This document shows positions 10,870 to 19,142 of a stretch of DNA of 64,000 nucleotides, in pieces. Source of the stretch: Thermoanaerobaculia bacterium. Lineage in GTDB: Bacteria; Acidobacteriota; Thermoanaerobaculia; Multivoradales; JAIOJS01. Positions within the stretch are counted from its first letter, which is position 1, and every line of letters starts with the position of its first letter. Both the position numbers and the translations under genes were made by a program. Where the stretch lies: NCBI GenBank assembly GCA_963806095.1, contig CAWDWV010000002.1, forward strand, positions 1,054,281-1,118,280, written 5' to 3'. The notes beneath the pieces were generated by a model. That model was not told the DNA's origin. It worked only from the letters and a program-made list of their open reading frames with translations, and did not search any database.

Positions 10870-12357
10870 ATGAGCGCCATCCTCAGCCTGCCCTACGTCC
10901 TCGCCGGCCTGTTCGTCCTCGCCTTCCTCTACATCATCGCCCGCGCCCTCTACAAGAAGGCGGGCCCGGACGAGGCGCTGATCGTCTACGGCCGCCGCAA
11001 GCTGTTCGGGCAGAAGGTGCGCGACGAGGCGGGGCAGGTGGAGAGCTTCCGCATCGTGCGCGGCGGCGGCACCTTCGTGTGGCCCGCCTGGGAAGCGGCG
11101 TCACGGCTCTCGCTCAAGATGATGACCCTCGACATCGACCTCAAGCACGTCTACACGATGGAGGGCATCCCCATCAACGTGCGGGCGGTGGCGCAGGTGA
11201 AGATCGGCAGCGCCATCGACCGCATCCGCCGCGCCGCCGAGGGCTTCCTCGGCATCAACCCCGACCAGATCGCGTCCACCATCAAGGAGACGGTGGCCGG
11301 CCACCTGCGCGGCATCATCGGCACCTTGACCGTCGAGACGCTCTACCGCGACCAGAAGCGCTTCCAGGAGCGCGTCCGCGAGGAGGCCCACGTCGACCTC
11401 GAGGGCATGGGCTTCGAGTTCAAGTCGTTCGTCTTCCAGGAGATCCAGGACGACGAGGGGTACCTCAACGCGCTCGGCCAGCCGAAGATCCAGGAGGCGC
11501 TCAAGAACGCCCGCATCGCCACCGCCAACGCCGACCGCGACGCGCAGGCTCGAGGAGGAGGGGGCCCGCCAGCAGAAGGAGTCAGAAGCGCTTCGACGTC
11601 GACACCGAGATCGCCGACTCCGACAAGTTCCTGTCGCTCAAGAAGGCCTCGATCAAGAAGGAGGTCGACGTCGCCAGCGCGCAGGCCACCAAGGCCGGCG
11701 AGATGGAGATGAAGGTCCAGGACATCAAGATCGCCGAGCAGGAGGTCGAGCGCCGCAAGCTGCAGCTCAACGCCGACGATCCGCGAGCAGGCCGACGCCG
11801 GAAGTTCGAGACCGAGCGGGTCGCCGACGCCGAGCAGTACCGCATCGAGCGCGCCGCCTCGGCCGAGCGCAAGCGCCGCGAGGAGCAGGCGCACGCGCTC
11901 AAGGCCGAGGGCCTCGCCAAGGCCGAGGCCGAGTCGGTGATGCGCCGGAACATCGGTCTCGCCGAGGCCGAGGCGATCGCCGCCAAGGGCAACGCCGAGG
12001 CCGAGGCGCGGCGCAAGCTCGCCGAGGCGCTCAAGCTCTACAACGAGGCCGGCCTCTCGATCGAGGCGCTCAAGGTGCTGCCCGAGATCGCCGCCGCGGT
12101 CGCCGAGCCGCTGTCGCGCGCCGGCGCCACCACCATCATCAGCAACGGCAGCGCCGGCAGCGGCACCGGCGCCGCCAAGCTCTCCGAGGACGTCATGCAG
12201 GTGATGTCGCAGCTCTCGCCGATCATGCAGCAGCTCGCCGGCGTCGACTTGAAGACGCTTCCTGCAGGACGTCTCGAAGCTGCCCGGAGCGGCGACCAAG
12301 GGCCTGCGCGCCGAAGCTCTGCGCGTCGAGCCGATCGTGCCCGAGCCGCGGAAGTAG
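10870..12357 (+). CDS. Flotillin-like SPFH/band-7 protein (YqiK/FloA-type), frameshifted at ~11555-11590 (x2) and ~12263
   Basis: N-terminal TM (LPYVLAGLFVLAFLYII) plus the SPFH core (EALIVYGRRK..., TLDIDLKHVYTMEGIPINVRAVAQVKI). An EA-rich coiled-coil tail (AEAEAIAAKGNAEAEARRKLAEA) follows. The natural C-terminus ...LLQDVSKLPGAATKGLRAEALRVEPIVPEPRK-stop at 12355-12357 is reached only after frame corrections. Confidence 0.7.
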
Positions 12358-12369
12358 CCGGAGCGCACG

Positions 12370-13653
12370 GTGAGCCAGAAAGCGCCGGTGCCCGGGGGCG
12401 ACCTCGCGCAGCTGCTCGCCGCGCTGCGCGGAGCGCCCGATTCGTGGAGCCGTCTCAAGCTGGTGGCGAGCGGCGCCCGCGCGCTCGCCAAGCTGACGCC
12501 GCAGCAGCGCGTCCAGCTGCTGCGGCAGCTCGGCCTGCAGGGAGCCGAGGAGCTGGCCGAAGCGGCGGCGGGCGGCGACGCGCAGACGGCGGCGGCGATG
12601 ACGAGCGCGCTCAAGGCGCTGGAGGCGGACCCGCGCCGGCTGCAGCAGCTCGCCGGAGCGATTGCCGATCCGAGCTCGCGCCGCGCCACGTTGATGGGGC
12701 TCGGCGCACACGTCATCGAGACGGTGACGGCGCCGGCGCCGGCGCCGGCGAAGACGAAGCCGACGGCGACAGGGAAGGCTGGGGCTGCGAGAGGCGGCGG
12801 GCAGTCGCGGACTGTCACCGAGACGGCAGCGGTGCCGCCGAAGCTGCCTCCAATGCCGCCGCAGCAGCCGACGGCGTCCGGCGCCGGGACGCCGCGGTTG
12901 CGCGACGAGCTGGTGGCCGCGGCCACGGCGCTGCTCACCGGAGCGCAGCCCGGCGCACCGCAGCCGCCGGCGCCCCCGGCACAACCGGCGACTCCCGCGC
13001 CGCCCGCCCAGCCGACGACGCCCGCCACGCCACAGCCGGCCACGCCACCGCCGTCGCTGCCGCCGACGCCGCACCCCTCGCCGTCGACTCCGCAGCCGCC
13101 GCCCGCGACCCCGCCGGCGCCGCCACAGCCGATCACGCCGCCGGCGACGCCGCCGTCGCTGCCGCAGCCCGTGCACCCGGTGACGCCGCCGTCGCCGACC
13201 GCGGACTCGACGACGACGCTCGACTCGGTCGCCGCCGCGCCGCAGTCAGCTCAACCGGCGCTGATCGCCACCGAGCTCGCCGCCCCGGAGCAGGCGCGAA
13301 CGGCGGGCACGCGCGTCGCGGCGATCGGCACGCTGCGCGACCTCCGCCGCCGCCTCGCCGGCGGCGAGGCGCTCGCGGCCGACGACGTCTCGACACTCTT
13401 CGCCCAGGAGCTGCCCCAGGGTTGGGCCCGCCGCCGCGCCCTCTCGGCGCTCTTCGCCGAGCGCCGGCCCGACCGGCTCGACGACGCGCTGACGCTGGTC
13501 GGGCAGGTGGGCTCGCCGGGGGACCGGCGGTGGGCGCTCGCCGACCTCGCCTCCAGCCGCGAGTGGGCGGACGGCGACTGGGCGCGTCTCGTCGCCGCCG
13601 CCGCCGGCGACGGCGAGCGTCGTCGCCTCGCCCTGCGCCGCCGCCGGGCGTAG
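12370..13653 (+). CDS. Hypothetical protein with a central Pro/Thr/Ala-rich low-complexity linker
   Basis: GTG start 12 nt after the flotillin stop. The N- and C-terminal regions are globular-looking. They flank about 90 aa of (P/A/T/Q)-rich repeats (PPAPPAQPATPAPPAQPTTPATPQPATPPPSLPPTP...). Confidence 0.5.
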   Translation: MSQKAPVPGGDLAQLLAALRGAPDSWSRLKLVASGARALAKLTPQQRVQLLRQLGLQGAEELAEAAAGGDAQTAAAMTSALKALEADPRRLQQLAGAIADPSSRRATLMGLGAHVIETVTAPAPAPAKTKPTATGKAGAARGGGQSRTVTETAAVPPKLPPMPPQQPTASGAGTPRLRDELVAAATALLTGAQPGAPQPPAPPAQPATPAPPAQPTTPATPQPATPPPSLPPTPHPSPSTPQPPPATPPAPPQPITPPATPPSLPQPVHPVTPPSPTADSTTTLDSVAAAPQSAQPALIATELAAPEQARTAGTRVAAIGTLRDLRRRLAGGEALAADDVSTLFAQELPQGWARRRALSALFAERRPDRLDDALTLVGQVGSPGDRRWALADLASSREWADGDWARLVAAAAGDGERRRLALRRRRA

Positions 13654-13794
13654 ACTCGGCGCATCCCCACCGCGACGGGTCCCGCGCAGCCGCCGTTCGA
13701 CCTCACCCTCGGCGGCGTCACCCCCGGCAAGCTCGGTCCGGCGCGCAGCCTGCGCAGCCGCATCCTCGTCGCCGTCGTCGCCCTCGTCGGGCTG

Positions 13795-15279
13795 GTGCTG
13801 CTCGCCAACATCGCCACCTTCGTGCTCACCAGCCGCGACGTCTCCTCCGCGGGGCTGCGCGGAGCGCTCGGCGAGCTCGGCCCGCGGCTGCTGCTGTTGT
13901 CGCTCGTCTCGCTGCTGCTCGGCACCCTGATCGCCATCGTCCTGTCGCGCCAGATCCTCCGCCCGCTGTCGCAGCTCACCGAGGGCGCCGCGCACTTCAC
14001 CGAAGGGCGTCTCCAGCACCGCATCGACCTCGGCACCGGCGACGAGCTCGAGGTGCTCGCCCGCACCTTCAACCACATGGCCTCGCACCTGGACGCGTTG
14101 ATCGCCGCGCTGGCGGCGGGCAACCGCGCCTTGCAGCAGAGCAACGTCGAGCTGCGCGCGCTCGACCGCCTGAAGAGCGACCTGCTCGCCAACGTCAGCC
14201 ACGAGCTGCGCACGCCGCTGACCTCCCTCAAGGGCTACACCGAGATGCTGCACGAGGAGCTGCTGGGCCCGCTCACCGAGGCGCAACGCGAGGCGCTCGA
14301 GGTCTCAACGCGCAGCATCGACCGCCTGCTCTACATGATCGACGAGATGCTGTCCTACGCCCGCTTCGAGTCGGGCGCGGTGCAGCTGGAGCGCCGCAAC
14401 GTCGACCTTGCGGCGGTGGCGCGCCAAGTGGTCGAAGGCGCCTTCGCCGCCCGCGGCCCGCAGCTCAACCTCCACCTCGACGTCGAGGCGAACCTGCCGG
14501 CGGTCGAGGCCGACGGCCAGCGCATCGCCCAGGTGCTCGAGAACCTGCTCACCAACGCGCTCAAGTTCACCCCCGACAACGGCCGCGTCGAAGTGCGGCT
14601 GTGGCGCGACGGCGGCGAGGTGGTCGCCGAGGTGGCCGACACCGGCATCGGCATCGCGCCCGAGGAGCAGCGCCGCATCTTCGAGCGCTTCTACCAGGTG
14701 CAGTCGTCGAGCACCCGCAAGTACGGCGGCATCGGCCTCGGCCTCGCCATCGTGCGGCAGATCCTCGACGCTCACGGCGCCACCATCGAGCTGGCGAGCG
14801 AGCCGGGCAAGGGCTCGACGTTCCGTTTTCGACTGCCCGTCGCCGCCCACCTCGACGCGCGCACCGGCAGCGGCCCGCGAGTGGCGGTGGTCGACGACGA
14901 CGTCCCCTTCGCGCGCGCCCTCGCCGACCACCTGGAGACCGCCGGCTACCACGCCCGCATAGCGGGCAGCGTCCAGGGCGCCGAGCAGCTGGTGCGCGAG
15001 TGGCAGCCGCGGCTGGTGGTGCTCGACCGCCTGCTCCCCGACGGCGACGGCTTCGACCTCCTCACGCGCTGGCGGCAGACGCTCGACGGCAAGCGGCTGC
15101 CCATCGTCGTCGTCTCGATGCGGCAGGAGGAGCCCCTGGCGCGCCGGCTCGGGGCCGACGGCTACTTGGTGAAGCCGGTCGAGCCGGCGGCGGTGCAGGC
15201 GGAGATCGAGCGCGTCCTATCGGCCATTGCCTCGCCGCCGGAGCAGGCGGTATCGTCGTCTCCGGGCACCACCCCATGA
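13795..15279 (+). CDS. Hybrid sensor histidine kinase (TM-HAMP-HisKA-HATPase_c-REC). N-terminus probably extends upstream to ~13654.
   Basis: HAMP region (ILRPLSQLTEGAAHF...NHMASHL). H-box SHELRTPLTSLKGY. N/G boxes (LTNALKFTP, DTGIGI, GGIGLGLAIV). C-terminal receiver (VAVVDDD...VVLDRLLPDGDGFDLL...LVKP). The in-frame upstream translation RILVAVVALVGLVLL looks like TM1 but has no canonical start codon. Possible indel. Confidence 0.85.
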   Translation: MLLANIATFVLTSRDVSSAGLRGALGELGPRLLLLSLVSLLLGTLIAIVLSRQILRPLSQLTEGAAHFTEGRLQHRIDLGTGDELEVLARTFNHMASHLDALIAALAAGNRALQQSNVELRALDRLKSDLLANVSHELRTPLTSLKGYTEMLHEELLGPLTEAQREALEVSTRSIDRLLYMIDEMLSYARFESGAVQLERRNVDLAAVARQVVEGAFAARGPQLNLHLDVEANLPAVEADGQRIAQVLENLLTNALKFTPDNGRVEVRLWRDGGEVVAEVADTGIGIAPEEQRRIFERFYQVQSSSTRKYGGIGLGLAIVRQILDAHGATIELASEPGKGSTFRFRLPVAAHLDARTGSGPRVAVVDDDVPFARALADHLETAGYHARIAGSVQGAEQLVREWQPRLVVLDRLLPDGDGFDLLTRWRQTLDGKRLPIVVVSMRQEEPLARRLGADGYLVKPVEPAAVQAEIERVLSAIASPPEQAVSSSPGTTP

Positions 15280-15677
15280 ACAGCTACAAGATCCTGGTCG
15301 TCGATGACGAGCCGGACGTGCTGCGGATGCTGCAGGTGGTGCTCGGCAGGCAGGGGCACCAGGTGCTCACCGCCCCGACCGGTCTCGAGGGGCTGGTCAC
15401 CGCGCAGGGCGAGCGGCCGGACCTCGTCCTGCTCGACGTCATGATGGAGGGGATGGACGGCTGGGAGGTGCTCAAGCTGCTCAAGCTCGAGCCCGGCACG
15501 CGCGACATCCCGGTGGTGATGCTGTCGGCGCGCACCGAGCCGCGCGACAAGATCCGCGGCCTGCAGGAAGGCGCCATCGACTACGTGACGAAGCCGTTCT
15601 CGGTGCGCGACCTGGTGCAGACGATCGAGGCGGTGCTCGAGCCGTCGGCCGCGGCGAGCGAAGGACGGAGCAGCTAG
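15276..15677 (+). CDS. Single-domain response regulator (CheY-like REC)
   Basis: MNSYKILVVDDEPDV...DLVLLDVMMEGMDGWEVL...VVMLSA...DYVTKP. The ATG overlaps the HK stop (ATGA). Confidence 0.85.
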   Translation: MNSYKILVVDDEPDVLRMLQVVLGRQGHQVLTAPTGLEGLVTAQGERPDLVLLDVMMEGMDGWEVLKLLKLEPGTRDIPVVMLSARTEPRDKIRGLQEGAIDYVTKPFSVRDLVQTIEAVLEPSAAASEGRSS

Positions 15678-16984
15678 TGGACGACAAGACCCACGAGCTC
15701 TTGCAGATGCGCGCCGAGTGGCTGAAGGTGCGCGGTTACATCTACGACCCCAACACCAGCCTGCCGGCGGTGCCGGCGGTGCTCGAGGACGTGCGGCGGC
15801 GGATCGAGAAGGGCGAGCGCATCGGCGTCATCTACCTCGACGTCTCGGGCGAGGAGTACCTCGAGGAGGTCTATGGCTGGGCCACCTACGACGGCCTGCT
15901 GCAGCAGGTGGCGCAGGCGCTCGCCGAGTGCAAGGGGCCGCTGCTCGGCGACGAAGACGTCGTCGCGCTCGCCGGCGTGCGCAGCGACCAGTTCCTCGTC
16001 TTCGTCGGCCTCGACGACCGCCGCGGCGCGATCGAGCTGGCGCAGCTGCGCGAGCGCGTAGTGAACGAGCTCGGCCGCCGCATCAAGATCCAGGTCGGCA
16101 AAGAGGTGCCGCGCGCCATCGGCCTGCATGCCGCCAGCAGCGTCCTCAAGTACGACGCCACGGTGCGCATCGAACGCTCGATCTACAAGGTGCTCGACGG
16201 CATCCGCATCGAGTGTCACCGCGACCGCGAGGAGAGCATGACGGCGCGGGGCCGCGAGCTGCGGCGGATCCTGCAGTCGCGCGACATCCTCATCCGCTAC
16301 CAGCCCATCGTGCGGCTGGGCGACGGCTCGGTCTTCGGCTACGAAGCGCTGTCGTGCGGCCCCGACGGCGACGTCTTCCAGAACCCCGAGATGCTGTTCT
16401 CGTTCGCCGAAAAGACCGACCAGATCGTGGATTTGGAGCGACTATGTAGGGTGGAGTCGGTGCGCGGCTCGGTGCGGCTGCCGCGGGGGCACAAGCTGTT
16501 TTTGAACTGCTCGGCGCACGGCATCGGCGACGTCGAGGGGCTGTCGACGCACCTGGTGGCGCAGGCGAAAGCGGCGGGGCTGCAGCCGTCGGACGTCGTG
16601 CTCGAGATCACCGAGCGGGTGGCGGTGACGGCGTGGAACGACTTCCGGAAGCGGATCGACGATCTGCGGGCGATGGGGTTCGGCGTCGCGATCGACGACA
16701 TGGGGGCGGGCTACTCGTCGCTGCACTCGGTGGCCGAGGTAGAGCCGGATTTTCTCAAGTTCGACATCGCGCTGGTGCGCGACATCCACCTCTCGCCGAT
16801 CAAGCGCGGCCTGCTCGAGAGCCTGGTGCTGCTGGCGGAGCGCATCGACTCGCAGGTGATCGCCGAGGGCGTGGAGAAGGAAGAGGAGTTCGAGACACTG
16901 CGGGAGATGAACGTGCCCTTCGGGCAGGGGTTTCTGTTCTCGCCGCCGACGACGTTGGCGTTTCATGTGCCGGAGAGCCCGTAA
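15677..16984 (+). CDS. Cyclic-di-GMP phosphodiesterase: degenerate GGDEF-like domain + EAL domain
   Basis: EAL signature residues are present (YEALSCG, DDMGAGYSSL, EGVE, QGFLFS). The N-terminal half aligns to a GGDEF fold, but the GG(D/E)EF site reads RSDQF. The GTG start overlaps the RR stop (TAGTG). Confidence 0.85.
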   Translation: MDDKTHELLQMRAEWLKVRGYIYDPNTSLPAVPAVLEDVRRRIEKGERIGVIYLDVSGEEYLEEVYGWATYDGLLQQVAQALAECKGPLLGDEDVVALAGVRSDQFLVFVGLDDRRGAIELAQLRERVVNELGRRIKIQVGKEVPRAIGLHAASSVLKYDATVRIERSIYKVLDGIRIECHRDREESMTARGRELRRILQSRDILIRYQPIVRLGDGSVFGYEALSCGPDGDVFQNPEMLFSFAEKTDQIVDLERLCRVESVRGSVRLPRGHKLFLNCSAHGIGDVEGLSTHLVAQAKAAGLQPSDVVLEITERVAVTAWNDFRKRIDDLRAMGFGVAIDDMGAGYSSLHSVAEVEPDFLKFDIALVRDIHLSPIKRGLLESLVLLAERIDSQVIAEGVEKEEEFETLREMNVPFGQGFLFSPPTTLAFHVPESP

Positions 16985-17012
16985 CCCGGCAGCCGCTGCG
17001 GGAGGCTTGCAT

Positions 17013-17438
17013 ATGCTGAGGTCGTTCCAACAGGCTCGTCGAGATCGCTTTCTCAGTCTCGCGATAGCCGTCCTCGCCGCGCTGCCTGTCGGCGGCTGCA
17101 ACATCGGCTGCTGGTTCACACCGTGCTCGGTCTCCAGCAGCGTCGTCACGACCGTCCGCGACCCTTCGGGCGCTCCGCTCCGAGGCGTGCGCGTCGAGGT
17201 CGAGGCCCGCTCCGGCGAGACGGACGGCAACGGCTGTGTCGTGGTACCCGGTCGCGCCGCGCGGCCGCACATCCTCTTCCTACGGGCGACGAAAGAGGGT
17301 TACAAGGCTTACGAGGGCAACAAGGCCTGGAACGACTATCGGGTCGAGATCACCCTCGAGCCGCAGCCGTCGGCCGGCGCCAGCACTGCGACCTGGCAAG
17401 TGCCTTCGCCGAGCGACGTTCCCGCCGAGTGCCCCTGA
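17013..17438 (+). CDS. Small lipoprotein (signal peptide + lipobox LPVGGC)
   Basis: MLRSFQQARRDRFLSLAIAVLAALPVGGC is a signal peptidase II-type signal. The C-terminal segment is beta-rich (carboxypeptidase-regulatory-like). Confidence 0.45.
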   Translation: MLRSFQQARRDRFLSLAIAVLAALPVGGCNIGCWFTPCSVSSSVVTTVRDPSGAPLRGVRVEVEARSGETDGNGCVVVPGRAARPHILFLRATKEGYKAYEGNKAWNDYRVEITLEPQPSAGASTATWQVPSPSDVPAECP

Positions 17439-17555
17439 GCCCGCGGAGGCCCTCGGCTCCATCGGCACACCTCGCCGGTGCGGCTGGCTGGGCGGGTCCA
17501 GTGCCGGCCAAGCCGCCCAGCGCCTGGCAGCGCCCTTGCTGACGCGCGTCAGGGC

Positions 17556-18611
17556 ATGAGGATCACGGTGCTTGCCTACGTCGACCCGTCCGACGGGCGC
17601 GACGGGGTGGTCGACGAAGTGAGCGAGGCGTTGCGCGCTCGCCACTCGGTGGAGGTCCTCGAGATCCATGACGACCTCGACCCTCTGATCCACGGCCTGC
17701 GCGAGCAGAGGCCCGATCTCGTCTTCAACCTCTGCGAGATGTTCGGCGACGACGTCCAGGGCGACGCGCGCGTCGCCGCGACGTTGGAGCTGCTGCGCGT
17801 CCCGTTCACCGGCAGCGGCGCCGCCGAGCTGTTCCTGGTCCAGGACAAGGGACTGACCAAGAAGATGCTCGCCTTCGACGGCATCCTCTATCCCAACTTC
17901 GCCGTCTTCTCCGAGAACTCCGACTTCGAGACCGGCGGCAACCTGCGCATGCCGCTGTTCGTCAAGCCGCTGCGCGGGGACGCTTCGATCGGCATCAGCG
18001 GCGCGGATGCGCTGGTCCGCGATTCATCCTCGTTGATGAAGCAGGTGCTTCGCATCCACTCCGAGGAGAAGGACGCGGCGCTCGCCGAGGAGTACATCGA
18101 GGGGCGCGAGCTGTACGTGGCGGTGATCGGCAACCTCGAACCCGAGGCGCTGCCGCCGATCGAGCTCGACCTCTCGGGGCTGCCCGACCACATGCCCCCG
18201 GTGGCCGACAACGCCGTCAAGTTCGACGAGGCGCTCGGCGAGCGTTACGGCATCGAGGCGCGCGTCGCGGAGCTGCCCGACGAGCTGCGAGCGCGGCTGC
18301 AGAAGGTGGCGGTGCAGGCCTACCGCGCGCTGCGCGTGCGCGACTACGGCCGCGTCGACCTGCGGCTCACCGAGGCGGGCGAGATCTACGTGCTCGAGGT
18401 CAACGCCAACTGCTACCTGGAGAAGGAGCAGGAGTTCGCCATGGCGGCGGAGGCCGCGGGGTACGACTACGAGGCGCTGCTCGAGAAGATCGTGCAGCTC
18501 GCGGTCGAACGGCAGGGCGTCCAGCCGCAGCGTCTTCAGCGGCGACGTCGGGACCGCATCGTCAGCGACACCCCGAAGCCCAGCGAGCGCTCAGCCACCG
18601 CGACACGCTGA
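17556..18611 (+). CDS. ATP-grasp family protein (D-alanine--D-alanine ligase-like)
   Basis: MRITVLAYVDPSDG... Ddl-like N-domain. The ATP-grasp core is present (LFVKPLRGDASIGIS, EEYIEGRELYVAVIG, DYGRVDLRLTEAGEIYVLEVNANCYL). Confidence 0.7.
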   Translation: MRITVLAYVDPSDGRDGVVDEVSEALRARHSVEVLEIHDDLDPLIHGLREQRPDLVFNLCEMFGDDVQGDARVAATLELLRVPFTGSGAAELFLVQDKGLTKKMLAFDGILYPNFAVFSENSDFETGGNLRMPLFVKPLRGDASIGISGADALVRDSSSLMKQVLRIHSEEKDAALAEEYIEGRELYVAVIGNLEPEALPPIELDLSGLPDHMPPVADNAVKFDEALGERYGIEARVAELPDELRARLQKVAVQAYRALRVRDYGRVDLRLTEAGEIYVLEVNANCYLEKEQEFAMAAEAAGYDYEALLEKIVQLAVERQGVQPQRLQRRRRDRIVSDTPKPSERSATATR

Positions 18612-18612
18612 T

Positions 18613-18906
18613 CTACCGGCGCCGTTGCCAGGACCGCGGGTGCCGAGAGCTGTGCGTTACCGCGATGACGATCACGTCGCCGTTCCGCAGCCGGTAGAAG
18701 ACCTGGTAGGGGAACCCGGACACGACCGCGCGGCGGATGTCGTTGTGGTGCACCACCGGGAAGGCGCGTGGATGGTCCAGCGCGATGGTCAACGTGTTGG
18801 CGACCGCGTCCGCAAACCGCGTTTCGAGCGCCGGGGATATCGCCCGGTACCAATCGCGCGCTTCCTGGATGTCGAGCTTGGCTGCCGCGCGGTAGCGCAG
18901 GCTCAT
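18613..18906 (-). CDS. parE: Type II toxin, ParE/RelE family
   Basis: MSLRYRAAAKLDIQEARDWY...FPYQVFYRLRNGDVIVIAVTHSSRHP matches the ParE/RelE fold consensus. It overlaps the upstream antitoxin by 4 nt. Confidence 0.7.
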   Translation of the reverse strand: MSLRYRAAAKLDIQEARDWYRAISPALETRFADAVANTLTIALDHPRAFPVVHHNDIRRAVVSGFPYQVFYRLRNGDVIVIAVTHSSRHPRSWQRRR

Positions 18907-19118
18907 GCGCGGGGCTTGCGGAGCCACGCGAGCAGCTCCTCGCCGGGCAGCGCGCCGTCGGGATCGCGATCGTCCTCAGCGATCCGTTCGTCGAGGAGCT
19001 GTTTCTGCCAGTCGGCGAGAGGCTCCTCCAAGAGGCTCAGATGGAGTGACTCCATCAGCGCCGCGCGCTCCTCGGCGGGGAGCTTGAGCGCCTGCTCTTG
19101 GAGCTCGGTCATTGTCAT
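18903..19118 (-). CDS. Type II antitoxin (putative addiction-module component, TIGR02574-like)
   Basis: 71-aa acidic protein (LKLPAEERAALMESLHLSLLEE...). Its stop overlaps the ParE start (ATGA). Confidence 0.6.
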   Translation of the reverse strand: MTMTELQEQALKLPAEERAALMESLHLSLLEEPLADWQKQLLDERIAEDDRDPDGALPGEELLAWLRKPRA

Positions 19119-19142
19119 GTATGTAGTGTACCGAAACGGGGT

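Noticed and set aside
12935-13400. Pro-rich tract as a collagen-like or cell-wall-anchor repeat domain
   Set aside because: There is no Gly-X-Y periodicity and no LPxTG/sortase signal. It was treated as a low-complexity linker.
11079-15677. 1532-aa ORF spanning the flotillin, Pro-rich protein, HK and RR genes
   Set aside because: Most of it is out-of-frame, Arg/Pro/Ala-rich nonsense. It coincides with real frames only locally (the flotillin coiled-coil, the RR).
17013-18611. Lipoprotein + ATP-grasp as a graspetide/microviridin RiPP cluster
   Set aside because: The ATP-grasp is Ddl-like rather than RimK/MdnB-like. The upstream ORF is 141 aa with a lipobox, not a short leader-core precursor.
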